Source of the DNA: Eubacteriales bacterium
GTDB lineage: Bacteria; Bacillota; Clostridia; Oscillospirales; CAG-272
Reading direction: 5' to 3'
Assembly (NCBI GenBank): GCA_045128515.1
Contig: JBGVRO010000062.1
Coordinates: forward strand, 4,776-68,775
Length of the DNA stretch: 64,000 nt
Part shown: piece by piece, positions 1 through 7,275 of the stretch
Numbering within the stretch: the first letter of the stretch is position 1
How the letters are laid out: the number at the start of each line of letters is the position of its first letter
Notes under the pieces: model-generated
What the model saw: only the letters and a program-made list of their open reading frames with translations
Databases searched by the model: none
What the model was told of the DNA's origin: nothing
Program-made: the position numbers and the translations under genes

Positions 1-1
1 C

Positions 2-697
2 AGCAGCGGCTGGGGTGTTGAACACTTCTTCTTCTCGACAGGCTGTGAATCAAGATGGACGGTAAACAAGAACTTTGAGTTTGTGGCTCTTGACGATAAC
101 TACAACTCCAACGCAGGTATTGCCGCTATGAAAGGGCTTGCAAAGTTAGCCGGCTCATCTGCATTCAATGACGAAACCTACGGCTATAATTACGGTAACG
201 ATACTGCGGTAATCATTTCAGAGATCAACAACAGATGGACCGCCGAAAATACATTTGGCGAGAATCTTGGCGTTGCCATTATGCCCTCGTTCACCGTAGA
301 CGGCGAAAACTATCAGATGAAGAGTGTCGGAAACACCTTCTTAATGGGAATCTCTCCTACCGAGGATTCCGAAAAGGCCGAGCTGCTATCCCGCCTTGCT
401 CTGTGGCTTTCGGACGAGGAGTGCCAATTAGAGCGATTCGAGAACTTCATGTGGTGTCCTACCAATATTGCCGCGCAGACAAGCGAGAAAATAGAGTCGG
501 ATCCCTACCGTAAGATACAAATACAACAGTATAATATATCGGTTCCCGAACGACACAAAAATCTTTATTGGTCGACCATCGCCGGCGATCTTTACCTCGA
601 CGCAAAGGAAGCAAAAACCGATGAAGAAATCATCGCCGCCCTAAACAGATATGACGAGCGCGTAGCACTTCTTTTTGAAAAGGGCGAATATTCATAA
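2..697 (+). CDS. ABC-transporter extracellular solute-binding protein, C-terminal fragment (5' end outside window)
   Basis: The frame is open from the window edge; track ORF 83..697 is only the first in-window Met. It is collinear with the C-terminal half of the 533-aa binding protein at 49597..51198: FGENLGVAIMPSFTVDGENY vs FGENFGVTDLPSFTVDGESY, and ECQLERFENFMWCP vs ECQLDRYNEFQWGP. Confidence 0.8.
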   Translation, partial: SSGWGVEHFFFSTGCESRWTVNKNFEFVALDDNYNSNAGIAAMKGLAKLAGSSAFNDETYGYNYGNDTAVIISEINNRWTAENTFGENLGVAIMPSFTVDGENYQMKSVGNTFLMGISPTEDSEKAELLSRLALWLSDEECQLERFENFMWCPTNIAAQTSEKIESDPYRKIQIQQYNISVPERHKNLYWSTIAGDLYLDAKEAKTDEEIIAALNRYDERVALLFEKGEYS

Positions 698-702
698 CAA
701 AC

Positions 703-751
703 AAAAAAACAGCCATTTTGCAGCTTTTAGTTTGCATTTTGGCTGTTTTTT
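703..751. terminator. possible bidirectional terminator between convergent genes
   Basis: An 8-bp stem AACAGCCA/TGGCTGTT is preceded by an A-run and followed by a T-run. The loop is long (about 24 nt), so this is a weak call. Confidence 0.35.
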
Positions 752-770
752 GTATTCTATATTCTACACC

Positions 771-908
771 AAGGCTCCCTCCGGGAGGGGGCTCCCGACA
801 AGGTCGGGTGGAGGAGTAGGTGCTTGTTAGCTCTAACAAAACTGAGTGCATACATACGCTTACTCCTTCAGTCACCTTCGGTGCCAGCTCCCTCTCAGAG
901 GGAGCCTT
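771..908. repeat. MITE-like 138-bp element with terminal inverted repeats
   Basis: The left end is AAGGCTCCCTCCGGGAGGG (771..789). The reverse complement of the right end (890..908) is AAGGCTCCCTCTGAGAGGG, a 17/19 match. Each end is itself palindromic, and there is an internal hairpin CCCGAC-AAG-GTCGGG. No ORF with coding character. Confidence 0.45.
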
Positions 909-927
909 TAATCAAATCTGCACTTAA

Positions 928-1842
928 TTAAATTTCCTCAAGAAATTTAATTGCCGCAAGGGCTGCGGTAGCACCGTCAGCGGTGGCTGTGGTTACCTGA
1001 CGGACGGTTTTGGTACGGCAATCGCCTGCTACGAAGATACCGTCAGGCGCGCCTGTGGGTCGGCAATCCTCGCCTGCGGTGATGTATCCGCGCTCGTCTA
1101 TAGGAGCAACCGAGGTGAATGGCTCGTTCTCGGGTGCCTGACCGATGCAGACGAACATACCGTCAACGTTAAGGGCATATTCGTCACCGCTTTCGGTGTT
1201 CTTAATTTCTATCATACGAAGGCTGTCCGTACCGACAAGTCGGCTGACAACCGAGGAGCAGATGATCTCAACGTTGGGTCGGTCTGCAAGGATCATCTGC
1301 AAACGGCTCTCGCCTGTAAGATAGGGGAGATTCTGCACGATATAGACCTTCTCGCAACCGTCGGAGAGCAAAACCGCATCCTGAAGGGCGGTGTTTCCAC
1401 CACCGATAACCGCAACCGTCTGTCCGCGGAAGAATGCGCCGTCACAAACCGCACAGTAGGAAACACCAATACCTGTAAGTCTTTCCTCGCCCTCAATACC
1501 AAGCTTGCGATGGTGAGAGCCTGCGGCAATAATTACGCTTTTGCCCTTGTATTCCTTATATTCACCCTTGACTGTAAAGTCACCGGGTGTTCCTTCAATT
1601 CCCACCACGCGATCAAGCTCGATCATTGCGCCCTGAGAAATAGTCTGCTCAATAAGTCTGTCGGCAAGCTCGTTGCCGCTGATCTGTGTAAAACCGGGAT
1701 AATTCTCCACCTTGGGCGAGGATGTGATCTGTCCGCCAAAGGTGTCCTTCTCAATAACGAGCACCGATTTTTCTGCTCGTCTTGCGTATATTGCGGCGGT
1801 AAGACCTGCAGGTCCCGCGCCGATGATTATTATGTCGTACAC
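928..1842 (-). CDS. trxB: thioredoxin-disulfide reductase
   Basis: FAD motif IIIGAGPAGLTAAIYA, redox-active CAVCDG and NAD(P)H motif VIGGGNTALQDA, with typical length. GTG start at 1842 with an AGGA RBS. Confidence 0.9.
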   Translation of the reverse strand: MYDIIIIGAGPAGLTAAIYARRAEKSVLVIEKDTFGGQITSSPKVENYPGFTQISGNELADRLIEQTISQGAMIELDRVVGIEGTPGDFTVKGEYKEYKGKSVIIAAGSHHRKLGIEGEERLTGIGVSYCAVCDGAFFRGQTVAVIGGGNTALQDAVLLSDGCEKVYIVQNLPYLTGESRLQMILADRPNVEIICSSVVSRLVGTDSLRMIEIKNTESGDEYALNVDGMFVCIGQAPENEPFTSVAPIDERGYITAGEDCRPTGAPDGIFVAGDCRTKTVRQVTTATADGATAALAAIKFLEEI

Positions 1843-1865
1843 AATTTTTTCCTTTCAGGAAAAAT

Positions 1866-1900
1866 AATGCAAAATGCAAAATGCAGAATGCAGAATACAA
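1866..1900 (+). repeat. heptamer tandem array 1 (AATGCAR x5)
   Basis: Reads AATGCAA AATGCAA AATGCAG AATGCAG AATACAA, directly upstream of the trxB start. Confidence 0.85.
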
Positions 1901-1940
1901 GGTGTAAATCTATTTTTCCTAATTTAAAAAGTATTTTTTA

Positions 1941-1959
1941 GGGAGGCAAAATGCCTCCC
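1941..1959 (-). terminator. hairpin, probable nrdD terminator
   Basis: GGGAGGC-AAAAT-GCCTCCC. On the minus strand it is followed by TAAAAAATACTTTTT, an interrupted U-tract. Confidence 0.5.
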
Positions 1960-1992
1960 ATAATTATTTAAGCCTATATGATGCTATAATTC

Positions 1993-2048
1993 ATTCTGCA
2001 TTCTGCATTCTGAATTCTGCATTCACTCTGCACTCTGCATTCTGCACC
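1993..2048 (-). repeat. heptamer tandem array 2 (ATTCTGC-type x8, inverted relative to array 1)
   Basis: Reads ATTCTGC ATTCTGC ATTCTGA ATTCTGC ATTCACT CTGCACT CTGCATT CTGCACC. Positions 1993..2009 are the perfect reverse complement of 1880..1896. Confidence 0.85.
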
Positions 2049-2050
2049 AA

Positions 2051-2160
2051 CTCTTGAAACATAGTCGCATATTCTGCCTCGATACACTCGGCAGCCTCTG
2101 CTCCTTGTTTCTGCGCATTCGCTACGACAAAAACAACACTCAGTTGTTTTTGTCTGCTCA
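2051..2160 (-). repeat. dispersed intergenic repeat, short copy (related to 6425..6719)
   Basis: The reverse complement reads TGAGCAGACAAAAACAACTGAGTGTTGTTTTTGTCGTAGCGAATGCGCAGAAACAAGGAG...CTGCCGAGTGTATCGAGGCAGAATATGCGACTATGTTTCAAGAG. It matches three blocks of 6425..6719 in the same order. Confidence 0.7.
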
Positions 2161-2192
2161 CTGCATTTTGCATTCTGAATTCTGCATTCATC
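2161..2192 (-). repeat. heptamer tandem array 3 (CTGCATT-type), abutting the nrdD stop codon
   Basis: Reads CTGCATT TTGCATT CTGAATT CTGCATT CATC. Confidence 0.8.
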
Positions 2193-4592
2193 TTACGCCT
2201 TTACGCAGATCTTATCCACGAACGCCTTGATATTAGAGGGATTTGCCACGATCTCTGCGCTATTACCGCGGATAACAACGAGGGTGGGCGCTTCCTTAAT
2301 GCCATAGGCAGATACAAGCGAGGGATTCTCCTCGGAGATAAGTGTGTCGTAGTGAAGTCCCGCCTGATCGAGGAACATCTTAGCCATACGGCACTTGGGA
2401 CAGGTCTTGGTGGTAAAGAGGAGAAGCTGCTCGGGTGCGCACTCGCACTCCGCTGTCTGCACCTCTTCACTCTGCACTCCGCCCTCTGCACTCAAATAAA
2501 GCGGCTGCTTGCCTGTAAGCTTAGACTCGGCATAAACAACTCTGTCCTTATATTCCTGACTCTTACCGTCATTCCAGTTCTGTACGGGACGGTAGTAGCC
2601 TGTGATTCTGGAGTAGACCTCGGTTTTCTCTCCACAGTGAGGACAGCTGAACTGCTCGCCTGCAAGGTAGCCGTGGTTCTTACATACAGAGTAGGTGGGA
2701 GAGATAGAGTAGTAAGGCAATCTGTAATTCTCGGCAATGGTGCGCACGAGAAGGGCGGCAGACTTCCAAGAGGGAAGCTTTTCGCCAAGATATGCGTGGA
2801 ATACTGTACCAGAGGTATAGAGGGTGTGAAGCTCGTCCTGCATATCAAGAGCCTCGAAGATATCGTCGGTATAGCCAACGGGAAGGTGGCTGGAGTTGGT
2901 GTAATAGGGAGTACCGCCATTCTTATCGGATGCGGTGATAATGTCGGGATAGAACTTTCTGTCATGCTTTGCAAGACGGTAGGAGGTAGACTCGGCAGGA
3001 GTCGCCTCAAGGTTGTAGAGGTCACCGTACTTCTCCTGATAGTCGGAGAGGCGCTCACGCATATGGTTAAGCACGTTCTTGGTGAACTCACGTGTCTCGG
3101 CATGGGTCATATCCTTGCGCAGCCACTTTGCATTAAGACCTGCCTCGTTCATACCAACAAGACCGATGGTGGAGAAGTGGTTGGCAAAGGTGCCGAGATA
3201 ACGCTTGGTGTAGGGATAAAGTCCCTCGCCAAGGAGCTTTGTAATAACGTCACGCTTGATCTTAAGCGATCTTGCGGAAATATCAAGCATATGGTCAAGG
3301 CGCTTGTAGAAGTCAGCCTCGTCCTCTGCGAGATATGCGATTCTGGGCATATTGATTGTAACGACACCGATAGAGCCTGTGGACTCACCCGAACCGAAGA
3401 AGCCGCCCGACTTTTTGCGCAGCTCACGAAGGTCAAGACGGAGTCTGCAGCACATAGAACGTACGTCCGAGGGCTCCATATCGCTGTTAATATAGTTTGA
3501 GAAATAAGGTGTGCCGTACTTTGCGGTCATCTCGAAGAGCAGACGGTTGTTCTCTGTCTCCGACCAGTCAAAGTCGCGTGTGATCGAATAGGTAGGAATA
3601 GGATACTGGAAGCCACGGCCGTTTACGTCACCCTCAAGCATGGTTTCGATAAACGCCTTGTTTACCATATCCATCTCAGCCTTACAGTCACCGTAGGTGA
3701 AATCCATTTCCTTGCCGCCAACGATAGCAGGCAGGTTCTTAAGATCCTCGGGAACCGTCCAGTCGAGAGTAATGTTGGAGAAGGGCGCCTGTGTACCCCA
3801 TCTTGAAGGGATATTTACACCGTAGATAAAGGACTCGATGCACTTCTTGGTCTGCTCGTAGGTAAGGTTGTCCACCTTTACGAAGGGCGCAAGATAGGTG
3901 TCAAAGGATGAGAATGCCTGCGCGCCTGCCCACTCGTTCTGCATAATGCCAAGGAAGTTGACCATCTGGTTACAGAGAGAGGAGAGGTGCTTTGCAGGAG
4001 CAGAGGTGATCTTACCGGTAACACCGCCGAGACCCTCTTTAATAAGCTGTTTCAGCGACCAGCCTGCACAGTAGCCTGTAAGCATAGAGAGGTCGTGGAG
4101 ATGAATATCTGCGTTTCTGTGCGCGTTTGCGATCTCGTCGTCATAGATCTCGGAGAGCCAATAGTTGGCGGTGATAGCGCCCGAATTTGAGAGGATAAGA
4201 CCGCCTACCGAGTAGGTAACGGTAGAGTTCTCCTTAACTCGCCAGTCGCTGACCTTTACGTAGTTATCAACGGTGGTCTTGTAGTCAAGCACGGTGGAAC
4301 GCATCTCACGAAGTCTGGCATGCTGACGGCGATAGAGGATATACGCCTTCGCCACGTCGTCATATCCTGCCTGAATAAGCACCGACTCAACGCTGTCCTG
4401 AATGTCCTCGACGCTAACGTGTCCGTCCTTGATCTTGGGTTCAAAATCGGCGGTAACCTTCAGGGCGAGGAAATCTATGATATTGGGTGTATAATTGCGC
4501 TCCTGCGCCTCAAAAGCGAGGGCGATAGCACCCGAAATCTTACTTATATCAAATTCGACGATCTTGCCGTCTCTTTTTAACACGGTATACAT
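2193..4592 (-). CDS. nrdD: anaerobic (class III) ribonucleoside-triphosphate reductase with C-terminal glutaredoxin/NrdH-like thioredoxin-fold domain
   Basis: N-terminal ATP-cone (VLKRDGKIVEFDISKI), a long class III body, Zn-ribbon CKNHG...CPHCG and glycyl-radical motif SRITGYYRP. A 79-aa tail follows, LLLFTTKTCPKCRMAKMFL...APTLVVI, with CPKC and a cis-Pro-like APT (nt 2196..2432). Confidence 0.9.
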   Translation of the reverse strand: MYTVLKRDGKIVEFDISKISGAIALAFEAQERNYTPNIIDFLALKVTADFEPKIKDGHVSVEDIQDSVESVLIQAGYDDVAKAYILYRRQHARLREMRSTVLDYKTTVDNYVKVSDWRVKENSTVTYSVGGLILSNSGAITANYWLSEIYDDEIANAHRNADIHLHDLSMLTGYCAGWSLKQLIKEGLGGVTGKITSAPAKHLSSLCNQMVNFLGIMQNEWAGAQAFSSFDTYLAPFVKVDNLTYEQTKKCIESFIYGVNIPSRWGTQAPFSNITLDWTVPEDLKNLPAIVGGKEMDFTYGDCKAEMDMVNKAFIETMLEGDVNGRGFQYPIPTYSITRDFDWSETENNRLLFEMTAKYGTPYFSNYINSDMEPSDVRSMCCRLRLDLRELRKKSGGFFGSGESTGSIGVVTINMPRIAYLAEDEADFYKRLDHMLDISARSLKIKRDVITKLLGEGLYPYTKRYLGTFANHFSTIGLVGMNEAGLNAKWLRKDMTHAETREFTKNVLNHMRERLSDYQEKYGDLYNLEATPAESTSYRLAKHDRKFYPDIITASDKNGGTPYYTNSSHLPVGYTDDIFEALDMQDELHTLYTSGTVFHAYLGEKLPSWKSAALLVRTIAENYRLPYYSISPTYSVCKNHGYLAGEQFSCPHCGEKTEVYSRITGYYRPVQNWNDGKSQEYKDRVVYAESKLTGKQPLYLSAEGGVQSEEVQTAECECAPEQLLLFTTKTCPKCRMAKMFLDQAGLHYDTLISEENPSLVSAYGIKEAPTLVVIRGNSAEIVANPSNIKAFVDKICVKA

Positions 4593-4722
4593 AGCATTTT
4601 TTCCTTTTTTTTGATTTTTTATACGGTTTTTATGGTTATTTTAAGGCAGATTTTTAACCTCAAAAAAATAGCGATAAAGTACGCCCATTATACCATATTT
4701 AGTATAAAAAGTCAATAAAATT

Positions 4723-4770
4723 ACACAAGATTTTGTGTCAAAACGGCATTTTCGTCACAATATATAGTTC
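4723..4770 (-). promoter_or_regulatory. tandem NrdR boxes upstream of nrdD
   Basis: ACACAAGATTTTGTGT (4723..4738) is a near-perfect 16-bp palindrome of the ACACwAtATaTwGTGT type. TCACAATATATAGTTC (4755..4770) is the second box. Centres are 32 bp apart, the usual tandem spacing, about 130-180 bp upstream of the nrdD ATG. Confidence 0.65.
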
Positions 4771-4995
4771 GCAAATAAAAGTTTACAAAATGTGCACGTG
4801 GCAGTAAAAGTTATATTTTTCAAGGGGTTTCGGGGGCTTTTTCTTTAATAAATCACATTTTGCAAAAATCGGTCTTTGTGCATATTGCTAAAACACCCCG
4901 ATTTTTTGTAAAAAAATGCCAAAAAATAGAGTTTTTTCTTCCGATCGGCGATAAAAAATGCGGTCACCCGACATCTCTGCCTAATAACCGCGTTT

Positions 4996-5559
4996 TCATT
5001 GTAAAATTAACCCCGAGAGTATCGGGTCAAGATTTTTAAGATTATGGTCTTCGCCCTCGAGGATGCGAACGTTCGCGTGCTTTTCCACAAAGGGAACGTA
5101 CTTGTAAGACGGATCAAGGCTGCCGTAGACCATTGTCAGCCTGTCCCTGCCCAGCTTTTTGACACCGGGGAGAGTTTTGCCGTGATAATTGATCATAAGG
5201 GGCGCGTTGACGCTGACCATTCTGACGATCCTCGGCTCGTCACAGCCGTGCCAGATGCCGATTAGTCCCCCTTTCGAAACACCGAGATAGTATATCTCAA
5301 AATCCTCTCTGCCGAGAGTCTGCTCTACGGTGCGAATATCCATTAAAAAAGAGTCCTTTGTGTCAACCGTTGTCGCGGAAACGAATACCGAAAAGCCCAA
5401 GCGATCGTTTATCTCATTACCAAGCTTAAGATAGCTGTTATCTTTGCCGTAGATCGAGCCGCCCTGCCCCGTCTTGATAAACAGAACCTTGTCCGAGCCG
5501 GGTATGTAACCTACCGTCAGATCATCAGCGCTGATGATGCTTACAAAATCTCTCTCCAT
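4996..5559 (-). CDS. alpha/beta-hydrolase-fold protein (function unknown)
   Basis: Nucleophile elbow GVSKGG, with downstream acidic (GSLDPS) and His (GEDHNL) positions in catalytic-triad order. 187 aa. Confidence 0.55.
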   Translation of the reverse strand: MERDFVSIISADDLTVGYIPGSDKVLFIKTGQGGSIYGKDNSYLKLGNEINDRLGFSVFVSATTVDTKDSFLMDIRTVEQTLGREDFEIYYLGVSKGGLIGIWHGCDEPRIVRMVSVNAPLMINYHGKTLPGVKKLGRDRLTMVYGSLDPSYKYVPFVEKHANVRILEGEDHNLKNLDPILSGLILQ

Positions 5560-5564
5560 AAGCC

Positions 5565-6269
5565 CTACCTTATCTCGGCAGACGGAATATAAGCTTTTAG
5601 AACAGCCAAAAGCTCCCCCGTCTCCTCGGGCGAGAATGCCGTAAAGCCGCCGACAAGCAGATCTCCCTCATCGCGATAGGTCTGCAGAAAATACTTTTCG
5701 CCACCCGACAGCCACTTGCCGATCGCCTCAAGGTCGTCTGCGGTGTGCAGCTCCTTTACAAGGGTGGTTCGGAACTCAAAGTCCACCCTGCCCTGCATAA
5801 GCAGCGCCGCGCTTTCGCGTACAGCGTTGAAATTCGAAATTTGAAATTCGGAATTCGAAATTAAACCTGTTGTCAAGGCATATTTGTCGGGAGAGTTCTT
5901 TATATCCATCGCCACGTAGTCCACAAGACCGTCAGCGATAAGCAACGAAAGCATCTCGGGATTTGTGCCGTTGGTGTCAAGCTTTACCTCAAAACCACGT
6001 GACTTTATCTCGCCGATAAGCGCAGGAAGATCGGGGTGAAGCGTAGGCTCACCACCGCTGATGCAAACCGCCTGCAGTCTGCCGCGCCTTGAATCAAGAA
6101 AGGCAAGAAGCTCCTCGACAGACATTATTCCGTCGGAATCGCCACCGAGAGCAAGTCCGCCGTTGTGACAAAACGGACAGCGGAAATTACAGCCGCCAAG
6201 AAACACCGTACAGGCAATCCTGCCCGGATAATCAAGCAGCGTAAGCTTTTGTAATCCATGAATCGTCAT
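5565..6269 (-). CDS. nrdG: anaerobic ribonucleotide reductase activating protein (radical SAM)
   Basis: CNFRCPFCHN cluster motif, GGEPTL SAM-binding motif, and nrdD context. Contains an unusual in-frame heptamer repeat at 5831..5865. Confidence 0.85.
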   Translation of the reverse strand: MTIHGLQKLTLLDYPGRIACTVFLGGCNFRCPFCHNGGLALGGDSDGIMSVEELLAFLDSRRGRLQAVCISGGEPTLHPDLPALIGEIKSRGFEVKLDTNGTNPEMLSLLIADGLVDYVAMDIKNSPDKYALTTGLISNSEFQISNFNAVRESAALLMQGRVDFEFRTTLVKELHTADDLEAIGKWLSGGEKYFLQTYRDEGDLLVGGFTAFSPEETGELLAVLKAYIPSAEIR

Positions 6270-6406
6270 TTTTATGCCTTTCTACCATTTACTTTATATA
6301 CATTTTACCTTAAACCCAATAAATATGCAATAGCTTTTGCAAAATAACTTGACAAATCGCCCTTGTTTTGATATAATGGTTAGGCTAAAAAGAATAAATA
6401 ATATTT

Positions 6407-6424
6407 CGAGGTGTAGCGCAGTTG
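6407..6424 (+). pseudogene. 18-nt 5' fragment of tRNA-Pro
   Basis: CGAGGTGTAGCGCAGTTG is identical to tRNA positions 1-18 (6983..7000). Confidence 0.6.
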
Positions 6425-6719
6425 TGAGCAGGCAAAAACAACTGAGTGTTGTTTTTGGCGTAGCGAAGCGGCGTGAGGGTATTGAATGACAGTCCGGTGG
6501 ACTGTCAGACCCCGAACGTGACCGAGCAGCAGCGAGTAGCGAATGCGCAGAAACAAGGAGAACGAGAAGAAAATAGTTAATAACTGTTTTCGCCGAAGTG
6601 ATGTCTCGCGTTGCGAGCAGAGTGAGCGAGGTTTACCTTGCGAAACTATGCGACACAAAAGCAGACGGGAAAATGCTGCCGAGTGTATCGAGGCGGAGAG
6701 TACGACTATGTTTCAAGAG
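6425..6719 (+). repeat. dispersed intergenic repeat, long copy (related to 2051..2160)
   Basis: Same three blocks as 2051..2160 plus two insertions. Contains perfect hairpins CAAAAACAAC-TGAGT-GTTGTTTTTG and TGACAGTCC-GGT-GGACTGTCA. Track ORFs here lack coding character. Confidence 0.7.
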
Positions 6720-6788
6720 AGAGCGCCATCTTGGGCGCGCGGAAAAACGAGCACAATGACATAGCAAATCTAAAATAAACAACAATTT

Positions 6789-6826
6789 CGAGGTGTAGCG
6801 CAGTTGGTAGCGCGCCAGTTTCGGGT
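6789..6826 (+). pseudogene. 5' half of tRNA-Pro (positions 1-38), truncated in the anticodon loop
   Basis: 38 nt identical to 6983..7020. It diverges immediately after TTCGGGT. Confidence 0.8.
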
Positions 6827-6982
6827 GCAAACCACCGATTTCAAATCTAAAATTTTGAAAAACGCCCAAATCCCTTGAAAACACTGATTTTTTTGGCTCT
6901 CCCGAAGTCTTAAAAGTTCGCAAATTTTCGGTCTGACCACATGTTTGACCACTTACAGAAAATCGCATAAAAATCATCAAAA

Positions 6983-7058
6983 CGAGGTGTAGCGCAGTTG
7001 GTAGCGCGCCAGTTTCGGGTACTGGAGGCCTGGAGTTCGAATCTCCACACTTCGACCA
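6983..7058 (+). tRNA. tRNA-Pro (anticodon CGG)
   Basis: Manual cloverleaf. Acceptor CGAGGTG/CACTTCG (one G-U), D arm GCGC-AGTTGGTA-GCGC, anticodon arm CCAGT-TTCGGGT-ACTGG, variable AGGCC, T arm TGGAG-TTCGAAT-CTCCA, discriminator A and encoded CCA. 76 nt. Confidence 0.9.
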
Positions 7059-7275
7059 AAAAGAAAGTGCTGAAACCCTTTGATTTTACTGGGTTTTCGG
7101 CACTTTTTCATTTTCTTATTTTCGCTCCAAAATCTCTCCAAAACTTGTTTTGACCACATAACTGACCACAACAAAATTCTTTTTATACCGCTTTTTACTT
7201 AATTATTACGTATACAACTACGGAAAGATTATCCGTTTAACCTCGCTAAAGAAGACCGTCACGGCTTTGTTTCGT

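Noticed and set aside
1991-2191. 66-aa ORF (MNAEFRMQNA...) and the ORFs at 6380..6658, 6543..6764, 6633..6980, 6770..6952 and 6977..7174
   Set aside because: They run across heptamer arrays, the dispersed repeat, tRNA fragments and the tRNA-Pro gene itself. Their peptide repeats simply mirror the DNA repeats.
1866-2192. Possible CRISPR array (also considered for 36511..36690)
   Set aside because: Repeat units are 7 nt, or about 23 nt and degenerate. There are no unique spacers of CRISPR length and no cas genes in the window.
2352-3500. 382-aa + strand ORF, plus several other ORFs of 60-200 aa inside 2193..4592
   Set aside because: They are antisense or off-frame shadows of nrdD. The minus-strand frame has unambiguous class III RNR motifs along its whole length, and the shadows have low-complexity, Arg/Leu/Ser-rich composition.
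4593-4995. Riboswitch (for example cobalamin) or other structured leader upstream of nrdD
   Set aside because: The region is very AT-rich. I could identify no conserved riboswitch core, and the only convincing signals are the two NrdR boxes.
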